From the NCBI GenBank assembly GCA_965660945.1, contig CBFIBS010000001.1:63961-127960 (forward strand): a DNA stretch of 64,000 nucleotides. Reading direction: 5' to 3'. This document shows positions 1 to 10,052 of the stretch, piece by piece (position 1 is the first letter of the stretch; every line of letters begins with the position of its first letter). The notes under the pieces were generated by a model. The model ran no database searches. It saw only the letters and a list, made by a program, of their open reading frames with translations, and was not told the origin of the DNA. The stretch comes from Alphaproteobacteria bacterium. GTDB taxonomy: Bacteria; Pseudomonadota; Alphaproteobacteria; UBA7985. A program made the translations under genes and the position numbers.

Positions 1-49
1 TTAATATGTAAGGGCAATCCAACCCGTTTCGTCAAGGATAACATCACCC

Positions 50-481
50 ATGGACTGGAACAATTTCACCCCAATCGCTGCGGCTTTTGGCGGCGCTCTG
101 ATTGGCGCGGCTTCGCTGATGCTGCTGCTGTTCAATGGTCGCACCGCTGGTGTCAGCGGCATTGCAGGCGGCGTCTTGCGCTTCAGCCTGCGAGACCTCG
201 ATTGGCGGCTGGCCTTTCTGGGCGGGCTGATCATCGCCCCCGTCGGCTGGGGGCTGCTGCGTGGCGGCATGCCCGTGGTCGAAATCACTGGCAGCATCGG
301 CCTATTGATCGCCGGGGGCCTGCTGGTTGGCTTCGGCACTCGGCTGGGCAGCGGCTGTACCAGTGGACACGGCATCTGCGGCATGGGCCGGATTTCACTG
401 CGCTCCGCCGTCGCCGTCCTGACCTTCCTCGTCGTTGGCGTCGCCACGGCAACGCTGGCACGCCTTGGGGGGCTTTCGTGA
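50..481 (+). CDS. YeeE/YedE-family membrane protein (sulfur-containing compound transporter-like), first half-size unit
   Basis: 143-aa hydrophobic, Gly-rich ORF resembling YeeE/YedE (DUF395) thiosulfate-transporter-type proteins. Its stop overlaps the next start as TGATG. Confidence 0.55.
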   Translation: MDWNNFTPIAAAFGGALIGAASLMLLLFNGRTAGVSGIAGGVLRFSLRDLDWRLAFLGGLIIAPVGWGLLRGGMPVVEITGSIGLLIAGGLLVGFGTRLGSGCTSGHGICGMGRISLRSAVAVLTFLVVGVATATLARLGGLS

Positions 482-915
482 TGCGGGCTCTGTTTGCTGC
501 TCTTGCCGGGCTGATCTTCGGGGTTGGCCTGACGATCTCTGAAATGGTGAACCCGGCCAAGGTTCTGGCCTTTTTAGACGTTTTCAGCGGGGCCTGGGAT
601 CCGTCGCTGATGTTCGTCATGGGGGCTGGTGTCGTCGTCTACGCCGTCGGCTACCATCTGATCATCCGCCGCAACGCACCGCTGGTGGCGCCGTCCTTCA
701 GCGTGCCAACGGCGAACCAGATCGACCCGCCACTCATCGGCGGTGCCGTTCTTTTCGGTGCGGGATGGGGGCTGGTCGGGCTGTGCCCGGGGCCGGCGTT
801 TTCGGCGCTGGGTCTGGGCGGCGCCCCGGTCCTGATCTTCATGGCAGCAGTGGTCGCCGGCATGCTGGTTTTCGAGTGGCTCTGGACGCCGCTCCAGAAC
901 CGCGCTTCGGCCTGA
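481..915 (+). CDS. YeeE/YedE-family membrane protein, second half-size unit
   Basis: In-frame Met (residue 94 of ORF 202..915) at 481 overlaps the upstream stop. Hydrophobic 144-aa product with a GxxxG-rich YeeE-like sequence. The longer upstream extension is Arg-rich and was rejected. Confidence 0.55.
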   Translation: MRALFAALAGLIFGVGLTISEMVNPAKVLAFLDVFSGAWDPSLMFVMGAGVVVYAVGYHLIIRRNAPLVAPSFSVPTANQIDPPLIGGAVLFGAGWGLVGLCPGPAFSALGLGGAPVLIFMAAVVAGMLVFEWLWTPLQNRASA

Positions 916-940
916 AAGGGTCTGTCGAAGGGTAAATGAA

Positions 941-1675
941 ATGGGCGAAGTTCCCTCGCTGTCTCGGATAAGCGGCCATCGCGGCGCGCCTTCGCTGGCG
1001 CCGGAAAACACGCTGACCAGCTTTGAGGCAGCCTGGCAGGCCGGCGCGGGCTGGACCGAGACCGACGTCTGCCTGCTCGGCGATGGCACGGCGGTGATGT
1101 TCCACGATGACAGTCTGGACCGCTGTACCGACCGCAGCGGTTCGATCGAACAGCTCACGCGCGAAGACCTCGCCCAAGTCAACGCCAATCGGCAGTTCCC
1201 CGATAGCCCCTTCACCCCGATACCGACGCTGGCAGAGGCACTGATCCACGCAGAGGCAACCGGCATGGGGCTGAACATCGAGCTCAAGCGGCACGACCAC
1301 GTCACTGCGGCGGCACTGGTCGAGGCCGCGGTTCCGGTCCTGCGCCAGCATCCGCTGAAACCCGGTCAGCTGATGTTGTCCAGCTTCGACTTTGACGCCC
1401 TGCGGCTGGCAAGGGCGGCGATGGATGGCGTGCCGATGGCGGTGATCGCCGAAGACCTGTCTGATGAGATGATCACCGTTGCCCACGAGATCGGCGCCCA
1501 CAGCCTGAATCTGTGGTGGGAAACCCTGCGCCAAGACCTTGTGGCACAGGCGCTGGACGAGGGGTTTCAGGTCAACGTCTGGACGGTCAATGACCCTGCG
1601 CTGGCCCCGGCGCTGTTTGGCTGGGGCGTGTCCTGCATCATCACCGACAGACCACAGGACTTCGACGGCCTCTGA
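941..1675 (+). CDS. glycerophosphodiester phosphodiesterase family protein
   Basis: N-terminal HRG...PENT motif and a mid-protein E/D-rich catalytic region typical of GDPD/UgpQ-like enzymes. Confidence 0.7.
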   Translation: MGEVPSLSRISGHRGAPSLAPENTLTSFEAAWQAGAGWTETDVCLLGDGTAVMFHDDSLDRCTDRSGSIEQLTREDLAQVNANRQFPDSPFTPIPTLAEALIHAEATGMGLNIELKRHDHVTAAALVEAAVPVLRQHPLKPGQLMLSSFDFDALRLARAAMDGVPMAVIAEDLSDEMITVAHEIGAHSLNLWWETLRQDLVAQALDEGFQVNVWTVNDPALAPALFGWGVSCIITDRPQDFDGL

Positions 1676-1687
1676 GCGCCTGCCGGA

Positions 1688-2875
1688 TCAGGATGCCGCG
1701 GCCGCCTCTTCTGCAATGATCGTTGCGATTTCAGCGCAGTCTTCCACGCTGAAAGTCAGCGGAACCCGCAGGTCGACGGTCGTGGCCAGCGCCTCGAGGG
1801 TTCTGGGCAGCGGCGGCACGTCGCCGAAGTACTGCCAGCTGTCGTAACGGCTGGTGAAGGCGACCGGGTCGGCCGCCCCAAACCACTTCAACTCGACCCC
1901 GCGCTGTCCGCAGGCCAAAACGAAACCGGAGATATCGGCAACGTCGGCGTGAAACTGGAAGCTGGAGCCGACGTAGGCTTCGTGCTGGGGTCTTTCTACC
2001 ACACGCAAACCGTCAACACCGCGAAGGCCAGCCTCAAGCGCCTGATAACGTGCATTCCAGCGCGCGCAGTTCTCGTCGAGCCGTCCCAGCTGTGCCCGCA
2101 GGATCGCGGCGCGCAGGTTGTCTAGCCGCGCCGAGCAGTTTGGCGTTTCCAGTCGGATGGTCTCGAACACTGCTGGGGCCGGCGCAGCGCCGTGGCGCTC
2201 ATAGAGCATGTAGGAGCCGGAGAGGATGATCGCCCGGGCTGCAATTTCCGGGTCGTCGGTGGTCAGGAACCCGCCCTCGCCCGAATTCATGTGCTTGTAG
2301 GTCTGGGTCGAGAAACAGGCGACGCTGCCGAAGTTGCCCGACCGAGTCCCCTGCCACGACGCCCCCATGGTGTGCGCGCAGTCTTCGATCAGGGTGATGC
2401 CAAACTCGGTACAGATCGCGGTGATCGCCTCCATATCGGCGATATGCCCGCGCATGTGGGAGAGCATGAAAAATCGTGCACCGCTTTCAGCTGCCTTAGC
2501 CCGCAGGTCGTCGAGGTCCGTCAGCCAGTCTGGCCCGATCTCCACGAACACAGGCACCCCGCCGCACGCGTGGATCGCACCGGGGACGGGCGCCAGCGTG
2601 TAGGCGTTGGCAAGGATGGCATCACCGGGCTTCAGTCCGGCCGCGCGCAGGGCAATCTGCATGGCCTGCCCGCCCGAGGTTACGGCAAGGCAGTAAGCTG
2701 AACCCTGATAGGCCGCGTACTCCTCTTCGAGGCGCGCGACCTCCGAGACTTCGCCCGGACCGGTATTGTAACGGTGCAGGCGTCCGCTGCTGAGCACAGA
2801 AACGGCAGCCTCGATCCCGTCCGCCGGGATGGCTTCCTGCTGGGTGAAGGACTTATCAAAGCTTTTCATAGTCAT
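1688..2875 (-). CDS. DegT/DnrJ/EryC1/StrS-family PLP-dependent aminotransferase
   Basis: Full-length similarity pattern to sugar aminotransferases, including the conserved Lys region (SFQ..K-like) and Gly-rich PLP fold. Start chosen at Met24 or Met26 of the ORF; Met1 adds a poorly coding Arg-rich extension. Confidence 0.65.
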   Translation of the reverse strand: MTMKSFDKSFTQQEAIPADGIEAAVSVLSSGRLHRYNTGPGEVSEVARLEEEYAAYQGSAYCLAVTSGGQAMQIALRAAGLKPGDAILANAYTLAPVPGAIHACGGVPVFVEIGPDWLTDLDDLRAKAAESGARFFMLSHMRGHIADMEAITAICTEFGITLIEDCAHTMGASWQGTRSGNFGSVACFSTQTYKHMNSGEGGFLTTDDPEIAARAIILSGSYMLYERHGAAPAPAVFETIRLETPNCSARLDNLRAAILRAQLGRLDENCARWNARYQALEAGLRGVDGLRVVERPQHEAYVGSSFQFHADVADISGFVLACGQRGVELKWFGAADPVAFTSRYDSWQYFGDVPPLPRTLEALATTVDLRVPLTFSVEDCAEIATIIAEEAAAAS

Positions 2876-3012
2876 AGGTGTAGGCCAGAGCACGCGACGG
2901 CGAAAGCCTGCGACCGACTTTCGCGCGCCGCAGACCGACCCCAATCAGGTGACTTGCCAAGCCCTGCTGGCCCGCGCCATAAGGCAGCACCACCAAGGAG
3001 AAGGCCCTGCCC

Positions 3013-3996
3013 ATGTCCACGCCGTACCGTATCGATGGTCTGCAGTACGCCAACTGGTCGCCGAAGATCTTCGCGCAGATGGCCGAGGGCAGCGTTCACG
3101 CCGTGCACGTCACCATCGCCTATCACGAAAACTTTCGCGAAATGGTGCTGCAGGTCGAGCGCTGGAACCGCTACTTCGAGCAGCACCCGGACCGGCTCAT
3201 GATGGGCCGCACGGCCGCCGACATCGACACCGCCAGGGCCACCGGTCGCACGGCGGTCTTCTTTGGCTTCCAGAACCCCTCACCCATCGAGGACGATATC
3301 GGCCTGGTCGAAATCTGCCACAGCCTCGGCGCCCGGTTCATGCAGCTGACCTACAACAACCAGTCACTCCTCGCCACCGGCTGCTATGAGGACGAAGACC
3401 CCGGCGTGACCCGCATGGGACGGCAGGTTATCGCCGAGATGAACCGGGTCGGGCTGGTCGTCGATATGAGCCATTCGGCGGAGCGTTCCACGCTCGAAGC
3501 TATCGACATCTCCCGTCGCCCCATCGCCATCACCCACGCAAACCCTGCCTGGTGGCACCCCGCCCGACGCAACAAATCCGACGAGGTGCTGCGCGCCCTG
3601 ACCGAGCGCGGGGGCATGCTCGGCTTCTCGGTCTACCCCCACCACTTGCGCGATGGCTCCGCGTGCAGCCTGCAGAGCTTTTGCGAGATGATCGCGGAAA
3701 GCGCCGATCGCTACGGGGCGGAAAACCTCGGGATCGGTACCGATCTCTGTCAGGACCAGCCCGACAGCGTGGTCGAATGGATGCGGGTCGGTCGCTGGTC
3801 CAAGGAAATCGACTACGGCGAAGGAACCGCCGATAACGCAGGCTTCCCACCAATGCCCGGTTGGTTCGAGGACAACCGCCACTTCGGCAACATCGAAAAC
3901 GGGCTGCGGAACGCCGGTCTGAGCGAGGAAGACGTGGCCGGAATCATGGGCGGCAATTGGTATCGGTTCTTCGCCGAGAATTTTGTGCCAGAATAG
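3013..3996 (+). CDS. membrane (renal-type) dipeptidase, peptidase family M19
   Basis: Conserved M19 segments (HVxxxxxYHENFRE, LTYNNQS, VDMSHS, ITHANP). Confidence 0.75.
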   Translation: MSTPYRIDGLQYANWSPKIFAQMAEGSVHAVHVTIAYHENFREMVLQVERWNRYFEQHPDRLMMGRTAADIDTARATGRTAVFFGFQNPSPIEDDIGLVEICHSLGARFMQLTYNNQSLLATGCYEDEDPGVTRMGRQVIAEMNRVGLVVDMSHSAERSTLEAIDISRRPIAITHANPAWWHPARRNKSDEVLRALTERGGMLGFSVYPHHLRDGSACSLQSFCEMIAESADRYGAENLGIGTDLCQDQPDSVVEWMRVGRWSKEIDYGEGTADNAGFPPMPGWFEDNRHFGNIENGLRNAGLSEEDVAGIMGGNWYRFFAENFVPE

Positions 3997-4000
3997 TCCC

Positions 4001-5689
4001 ATGTCATACGTTCACGCCAACGAGACCGCGCAGGAAATGCGCTCACCGGACACCGTAATGCGGTTGGCCCGGCTGGGGTCAGCTTTTCCGACCCGGCTGA
4101 GCTTCGGCCGCTCGCTGATCCGGCGACTGATCGAAGACCGCTCTACCGTCGAGCGGCGGCTGTGGTCGATTGACGAGCGGGGCTTCGGCCGCGCCGTCTA
4201 CCGGGTGGAAATCGGGGGGCATGCCTATTCTCTGGTGGCCTTTGCGACCGCCCTCGCCGACGAAGACCGCTCCGATCGGGTCATCGCCGAGGCCTGGGAC
4301 GCAAGTTTCGCCCTCTTTGACGGCGACCCGGAAACCGCCGACCTTGAGCGCCTCGAAGCCAACCTACCCAAGCAAGAAGCGGGTCGCTACACCGAGCGCG
4401 AGTTGGTAATCAGCCGCTCGAACAAATCCGTCCGCCTGTTCAGCCACGTCGCTGACGCGCTGGCTCAGGGGCAGCAACCCGACATCGATATGGTCGACAG
4501 CATCGGATATCTGATGCGGACCACGGCCGTCTACGGCAATGGAAAGTTCGGCATCGCCGACCGTTTTGTATTCGCTGACCGCCCGGGGCTGCAGGGGCCC
4601 TTTGCCGCTGAGATGCTGACTGTGTGGCTGATCCGGACTTTCACCCACGACCTGGTCGAGCATGTCGCCCAGATGCGCGGTGGAGACAGCGCCGTTCGGC
4701 TCGATCCGGAGATCAAGCGCCACCTCGGGATCGGCAACTCGACTGGTCTGGGGATGGCGCCGTTTCTGGTGTACCACCCTGAGCTGATCCATAACTGGCT
4801 GCACGCCCGAGAAACCGCACTGGCTCGGGTCCGCGCCCTGTCCGAGGTAACGACGGAGACAGCCGAGCGCCTGCGAGCCCTGTTTAACCGCGCCCGGGCG
4901 CACGTCGAACACTGGCAGGTTCCGGACGCGCTGCAAGCCGAGCGCCTCGTGACCCTGCGCGCCGAGTTGGAGCAGGCGATCGAAAGCGCGCCGTTGGACT
5001 GCGCCGGCCCCTACCCGATCAAGGCGCTGATGGATTGGAGCGACCAGCACTCGCTGGAGTGTCAGGAGCTGATCCGCGCCCTCTGTCTGGAGCCCTTCGG
5101 CGACCTGATCGATGAGCTCACCGCTGAGATGGCGTTCAATGCAAAACCGCAGTTCCTGCCCGGCATGAGCCTGATCGAGCTGAGCGGACTGATCGATCAG
5201 CACTACCAGTGGTGCGGCGAGGTCGATTTCGAGACCAGCATCGCGAGCCAGAAGTTCTGGTACGTCTCCGAGGCCAAGCTCGAACCCCGGCTGGGCGATC
5301 GCTACGCCGAAGACGGCGCGGACCGGGAGCAGCCGCTGGACGTCGCCCGGCAGGTGCAGGCGCTGCGCGTTGCCATTGCCAGCGTTGACCCAGACGAGGC
5401 CAGGGTCTGCGACCTGCTCGCCCGTCACCCGGAACACCGCAATATCGTCAAACGCGTGCAGTCTTCCGCACAGCGGCCCTTCGCTGAAATCCGCGATAAT
5501 CTGATCGATCAGTCCATGCGTCCGATCGATATGCTGCGCTGCAAGCTGGCCTTTTTTGGCGCGGTCAAGTTTGATCCGAAATCCGATCTCTGGACCCGAA
5601 TTACCCTGTTCCAGGGCGCACCGATGTGCGATGAGCTGCAGGCTCGGGGCGATGATTGGTGGCTCTCCACCCGTCCGGACGCTGCCTGA
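4001..5689 (+). CDS. hypothetical protein (562 aa, no recognisable family), co-operonic with the M19 dipeptidase
   Basis: Long ORF with coding-like composition. Start Met lies 5 nt after the dipeptidase stop. No nucleotide-binding, metal or transmembrane motif recognised. Confidence 0.5.
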   Translation: MSYVHANETAQEMRSPDTVMRLARLGSAFPTRLSFGRSLIRRLIEDRSTVERRLWSIDERGFGRAVYRVEIGGHAYSLVAFATALADEDRSDRVIAEAWDASFALFDGDPETADLERLEANLPKQEAGRYTERELVISRSNKSVRLFSHVADALAQGQQPDIDMVDSIGYLMRTTAVYGNGKFGIADRFVFADRPGLQGPFAAEMLTVWLIRTFTHDLVEHVAQMRGGDSAVRLDPEIKRHLGIGNSTGLGMAPFLVYHPELIHNWLHARETALARVRALSEVTTETAERLRALFNRARAHVEHWQVPDALQAERLVTLRAELEQAIESAPLDCAGPYPIKALMDWSDQHSLECQELIRALCLEPFGDLIDELTAEMAFNAKPQFLPGMSLIELSGLIDQHYQWCGEVDFETSIASQKFWYVSEAKLEPRLGDRYAEDGADREQPLDVARQVQALRVAIASVDPDEARVCDLLARHPEHRNIVKRVQSSAQRPFAEIRDNLIDQSMRPIDMLRCKLAFFGAVKFDPKSDLWTRITLFQGAPMCDELQARGDDWWLSTRPDAA

Positions 5690-5734
5690 CCCCTGCCGAC
5701 CCCCGGTAAGATGTAATGGAACAGGGACGCCACG

Positions 5735-6145
5735 GTGAACTTTTCCCTGAACGAAGTGCATATGACGCTGCGCAAGGCCCTTTGCGGACGCGGGCTTGGC
5801 TTTGGCGCTGCCGATGACTGGGGCGCGGTCGGGGCGCGGATCAGTGCAGCCGGGGCTGACGGCATTGCGCTGGTGCTGGCGCAGGACAACGACGCCCTCC
5901 ACCGACTTTTGACCGAGGCCGACGCCCGGCTTGCATCCGGCAAAGCCTTGGACCACGAAGGCGCGGACTTACAGGCCGCCCTCCTCGCCCATCTCACCAG
6001 GGCACCCTTCGATCGACAACGCGCGGGGGGCATCGCTGCGCAAAGCTGGCAAGCCGCCCTCGACCTCGCCCAGAACACCTACGTCCCCGAAAGCGATGCC
6101 TCGCGGCTGGGCGGGGCTGGTGCCGGAACCAACGACAACGACTGA
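5735..6145 (+). CDS. small hypothetical protein (Ala/Gly-rich, about 130 aa)
   Basis: ORF fills the gap between the 562-aa protein and the Ldh_2 gene on the same strand. GTG start with a weak RBS; an alternative ATG lies at 5762. Low-complexity composition lowers confidence. Confidence 0.3.
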   Translation: MNFSLNEVHMTLRKALCGRGLGFGAADDWGAVGARISAAGADGIALVLAQDNDALHRLLTEADARLASGKALDHEGADLQAALLAHLTRAPFDRQRAGGIAAQSWQAALDLAQNTYVPESDASRLGGAGAGTNDND

Positions 6146-6168
6146 CCCCTTCGACGGAGACCCAAACC

Positions 6169-7167
6169 ATGGATATGACCCTGACCCTCGATGAGGTTTA
6201 TGCCCTCGCCGTAGACCGCCTGACCGACGCCGGGGCCAGCGCAGAGAACGCAGCCTCCGTCGCCCGCTCCACGTGGCGCGCCGAGCGCGACGGTATCCGC
6301 TCCCACGGCCTGATGTACGTGCCGATCTACGCCGAGCACGTCCGCTGCGGCAAGGTCATCGGCGATGCTGAACCTGTGGTGTCCCGCCCCCGTCCGGGCG
6401 CCGTACACGTCGACGCGGCGAACGGTTTCGCCCACCCGGCGATCGATGCGGGCTGGGAAAGCTTCACCAGCGCAGCTTGGGAGAACGGGGTCGCGTCTCT
6501 GACCCTGAACAACTCCTATAACTGCGGCATCCTCGGGCACCACGCCGAGCGTCTTGCCGAGGTTGGGCTGGTGGGGCTGTGCTTCACCCATGCCCCCGCC
6601 TCGGTCGCGCCTGCGGGCGGGATCAAGCCCATTGTCGGCACCAACCCCTTTGCACTCGGGGTTCCCGATGGCAATGGCGGGGCGGCCATGGTCATCGACC
6701 AGTCGATCTCGGTGGTGGCCAAGTCGGAGATTGTCCTGCGCAACAAGAACAACGAACCGATCGAAGAAGGCTGGGCCTTTGGCCCGGATGGCGAGCCGAC
6801 CACCGACGCTGCTGTCGCGCTCAAGGGCACCATGGCCCCAAGTGGCGGCTACAAGGGTTTCGGACTGGGGCTGACGGTAGAGATCCTTGCCTCCTGCCTC
6901 TCCGGCGCCTTGCTTTCAACCGAGGCCTCACCCTTTGCCGGCACGGCAGGAGGCCCACCCTCGACCGGCCAGTGCTTCATCGCTTTTGACCCGACGGGCT
7001 ATGCCGGAGAGCGCTTCTTCGCCCAGGTCGAAGCGCTGGTGGCCAGCATCCGCGCGCAGGATGGTGCTCGGGTTCCCGGTGACCGGCGCAAAGCCAACCG
7101 CGTGAAGACCGAGCGCGATGGTGTGGTGGTCAATCCCGCGCAGCAGGCTTCACTCGGCCTCTCGTAA
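6169..7167 (+). CDS. Ldh_2-family (malate/L-lactate/sulfolactate dehydrogenase type 2) NAD(P)-dependent oxidoreductase
   Basis: Ldh_2-family hallmarks: HG(L/I)MYVP, NPFALGVP, GYKGFGL. Same family as ComC (R)-sulfolactate dehydrogenase and Pyr2C reductases. Confidence 0.75.
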   Translation: MDMTLTLDEVYALAVDRLTDAGASAENAASVARSTWRAERDGIRSHGLMYVPIYAEHVRCGKVIGDAEPVVSRPRPGAVHVDAANGFAHPAIDAGWESFTSAAWENGVASLTLNNSYNCGILGHHAERLAEVGLVGLCFTHAPASVAPAGGIKPIVGTNPFALGVPDGNGGAAMVIDQSISVVAKSEIVLRNKNNEPIEEGWAFGPDGEPTTDAAVALKGTMAPSGGYKGFGLGLTVEILASCLSGALLSTEASPFAGTAGGPPSTGQCFIAFDPTGYAGERFFAQVEALVASIRAQDGARVPGDRRKANRVKTERDGVVVNPAQQASLGLS

Positions 7168-7282
7168 AGACAGGCCGAGCCTGCCGCTTACTGACTGATT
7201 TGATGCACTAACCGGAAAGGCCCCGGGTGTCCGAACCGGACTGCCCAGGGGCTAATATGGGGCCAATTGTGGGCCAAACGCC

Positions 7283-8587
7283 CTACTCTGCTGCGACAGC
7301 CGCCAGCGCCTCGGCCGTATCGACCTTCTTGCCCGACAAGCGTGCTTCCATCACTGGTCGGAAGTTGCGGATCAGGCCCTGAACCGGCCACGCTGCGGCA
7401 TCGCCCAGCGCACAGATGGTGTGGCCTTCGATCTGGTAGGAGACGTCGAGCAGCATGTCGATTTCTTCGACTTCTGCCTGGCCCTTGGCCATACGATCGA
7501 GAACGCGGTGCATCCAGCCCGTGCCCTCACGGCACGGCGTGCACTGGCCGCAGCTCTCGTGCTTGTAGAAGTGCGCGAGGCGGCCGATGGCCTGAATGAT
7601 GTCGGTCGACTTGTCCATGACGATCACAGCTGCCGTACCCAGACCGGACTTCACCGCCCGCAGGCTGTCGAAATCCATGCGAATATCGCTGCAGACATCG
7701 TGGGTGATACAGGGTACCGACGAGCCGCCGGGGATCACGGCGAGCAGGTTATCCCAGCCACCCCGGACGCCGCCTGCGTGCTTATCGAGCAGCTCGCGCA
7801 GGGGAATGCCCATCTCTTCTTCGACGTTGCAGGGGCGCTCGACGTGCCCGGAGATGCAGAACAGCTTGGTGCCGCGGTTCCGCTCCGGCCCCAGCCCAGT
7901 CCACCAGTCGACGCCGCGACGCAGGATTTCCGGCACCACCGCAATGGTCTCGACGTTGTTCACCGTTGTCGGACAGCCATAGAGGCCTGCGCCCGCGGGG
8001 AACGGCGGCTTCAGGCGCGGCTGGCCCTTCTTGCCTTCCAGCGATTCGAGCAGCGCGGTTTCTTCACCGCAGATGTACGCACCCGCACCCCGGTGCAGGT
8101 GGATATCGAAGTCCCAGCCGTTGGTCTTCTCGGATTTGTCACCCAGCAGCCCGGCTTCGCGAGCTTCGAGGATCGCCTGTTCGATGTTCGAGGCTTCGTT
8201 GTAGAACTCGCCACGGATGTAGATGTAACCGGTGTTCGCACCCATGGCGAAGCCGGCCAGCACCATGCCTTCGAGCAACCGGTGCGGATCGAAGCGCAGG
8301 ATATCGCGGTCCTTACAGGTGCCCGGCTCGGATTCATCGGCGTTGACGACAAGGTAGTGCGGCAGCGCGCTTTCCTTGGGCATGAATGACCACTTGAGAC
8401 CGGTGGGGAAGCCCGCACCGCCGCGCCCGCGCAGGTCGGACTGCTTGACCAGATCGATCACCCGGTCGCGCCCAAGCGAGACCATGGCCTTGGTATTATC
8501 CCAGACCCCGCGCGCCTTGGCGCCGGGCAGGCTCCAGTCGTGCTGACCGTAGAGGTTGGTAAAGATTCGATCCTGATCCGCAAGCAT
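7283..8587 (-). CDS. nuoF: NADH-quinone oxidoreductase subunit F (51 kDa, NADH/FMN/4Fe-4S subunit)
   Basis: Canonical NuoF motifs ([36 protein letters not shown]) in a 435-aa product. Start at Met45 of the ORF (8587). Confidence 0.85.
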   Translation of the reverse strand: MLADQDRIFTNLYGQHDWSLPGAKARGVWDNTKAMVSLGRDRVIDLVKQSDLRGRGGAGFPTGLKWSFMPKESALPHYLVVNADESEPGTCKDRDILRFDPHRLLEGMVLAGFAMGANTGYIYIRGEFYNEASNIEQAILEAREAGLLGDKSEKTNGWDFDIHLHRGAGAYICGEETALLESLEGKKGQPRLKPPFPAGAGLYGCPTTVNNVETIAVVPEILRRGVDWWTGLGPERNRGTKLFCISGHVERPCNVEEEMGIPLRELLDKHAGGVRGGWDNLLAVIPGGSSVPCITHDVCSDIRMDFDSLRAVKSGLGTAAVIVMDKSTDIIQAIGRLAHFYKHESCGQCTPCREGTGWMHRVLDRMAKGQAEVEEIDMLLDVSYQIEGHTICALGDAAAWPVQGLIRNFRPVMEARLSGKKVDTAEALAAVAAE

Positions 8588-8739
8588 GGGCCTGTCCGCG
8601 TTCTGGTAAAAAGAGTGTTGCAGCCTTATGCCCGCAAAGCGCCGGGTTGAAAACCGCCCTGATGTCGCGACACCTGTTCGCCCAGCGCAGACGATAGCGA
8701 GCCCTTGAGGGCGCTCCAATCTGCCCTGAAAACGGCTGA

Positions 8740-9387
8740 TCAGGCCGTCAGACCGCCCAGATCCTCGATGGTGGCAATGATCTCGTCCACGCCCTGCCCG
8801 TGCTTGACCTGCGCGAACAGGAACGGGCGCTCGGCGCGCATGCGCTTGGCATCCTCGTCCATGACGCTCAGGCTTGCTCCCACCATCTCGGCGAGGTCGG
8901 TCTTGTTGATCACCAGCAGGTCCGAACGCGTGATCCCCGGCCCGCCCTTGCGCGGGATTTTCTCCCCCGCTGATACGTCGATCACGTAAATGGTGATGTC
9001 CGCCAGCTCCGGGGAGAAGGTTGCCGAAAGGTTGTCGCCACCGCTTTCGACGAACACGATGTCGAGGGCGCCCAGGCGCTCGACCATCTGCTCGACCGCG
9101 CGCAGGTTGATCGACGCATCTTCGCGGATAGCCGTATGTGGGCAGCCGCCGGTTTCCACGCCCATAATCCGGTCGGCATCCAGCGCCCCGGTCCGCGTCA
9201 AGATTTGCGCGTCTTCCTGGGTGTAGATGTCATTGGTGATGGCGGCGATCCGGTAGCGGTCGCGCAGGCGCTTGCACAGCTGCTCAAGCAGCGCCGTCTT
9301 GCCCGAGCCTACCGGTCCGCCAATGCCGACGCGAAGCGGAGCGGCAAGGTCTGCGGCGGCGGTAGCCGTCGAAGGGTTTGTCGTCAT
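8740..9387 (-). CDS. ureG: urease accessory protein UreG (GTPase)
   Basis: P-loop GPVGSGKT and conserved UreG C-terminal motifs. Start Met overlaps the ureF stop (ATGA). Confidence 0.9.
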   Translation of the reverse strand: MTTNPSTATAAADLAAPLRVGIGGPVGSGKTALLEQLCKRLRDRYRIAAITNDIYTQEDAQILTRTGALDADRIMGVETGGCPHTAIREDASINLRAVEQMVERLGALDIVFVESGGDNLSATFSPELADITIYVIDVSAGEKIPRKGGPGITRSDLLVINKTDLAEMVGASLSVMDEDAKRMRAERPFLFAQVKHGQGVDEIIATIEDLGGLTA

Positions 9388-10052
9388 GATCTGAACAACC
9401 TCGAATATTGTGTTTCGTGTTTGACCGAGCACCAGTCGGCGACCAGCGCTGTGCTAAGGGGGGGCTGGCTGTGGTCGGCTTCAGGTTGGCTCAGGCTGGC
9501 AGCGAGGGCCGCGATATCCGACTCAAAGGCCGCCATGATCCGCTGGCCGTCGGTCTGCCCCAGCGGGATCACGCGGCAGGCGACCGATACCTGATTGGCC
9601 AGCCAAGCGTGCAGGAAGGCTGCCAGCGCCGCCTCCATGTCGATCCCGAATTGCCGGGCCGCCAATGCAAACAGCACCGGATAGGCCTTGTCACCCACCA
9701 TCCCGGCGGGCAGTTCCAGCCCCCAGACCCCGACCATCACCTTGGCGAAGGCATCGCCAAGCAGGGCCACTTCCTGCCGGGTTTCCCGGGTCTGACGCAG
9801 CGCGAGGCTGGTCTGGTTGATCCGTTCAGGCGCTTGAGCACCGGAAAGCGTGGCAACCAGCGCCCAGGCGTCTTGCCGCGCTGCCCCGGCCTGGAGGTGG
9901 AACCGGCACCAGTCGCCGAGGCTGTCGCGGTCGGCGACCAGCCCTTCCTCGATGACCGCTTCAAGCCCGCCAGAATAGGAGAAAGCCCCGATCGGGAAGG
10001 ACGGCGAGGTCCAGGACAGCAACCTTTGCAGCGCGAGGGTGTCAGTGGTCAT
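9384..10052 (-). CDS. ureF: urease accessory protein UreF
   Basis: UreF-like helical protein. Start set at Met66 of the ORF; the upstream Thr/Ala-rich extension is antisense to the ureE His-tail and is an artefact. Confidence 0.8.
   Translation of the reverse strand: MTTDTLALQRLLSWTSPSFPIGAFSYSGGLEAVIEEGLVADRDSLGDWCRFHLQAGAARQDAWALVATLSGAQAPERINQTSLALRQTRETRQEVALLGDAFAKVMVGVWGLELPAGMVGDKAYPVLFALAARQFGIDMEAALAAFLHAWLANQVSVACRVIPLGQTDGQRIMAAFESDIAALAASLSQPEADHSQPPLSTALVADWCSVKHETQYSRLFRS

Noticed and set aside
574-1534. Long minus-strand ORFs (243 and 231 aa) antisense to the GDPD and YeeE genes
   Set aside because: Arg/Pro/Ala-rich low-complexity translations typical of antisense frames in GC-rich DNA; the sense-strand genes carry real family signatures.
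4364-5956. 530-aa minus-strand ORF overlapping the 562-aa hypothetical gene
   Set aside because: Antisense GC artefact (Gly/Arg/Pro-rich, no start context). The plus-strand frame is kept because of its tight coupling to the dipeptidase stop and its more protein-like composition.
7168-7282. Intergenic region between convergent Ldh_2 and nuoF, checked for a terminator or sRNA
   Set aside because: Only weak, imperfect GC-rich inverted repeats and no U-tract; nothing callable.
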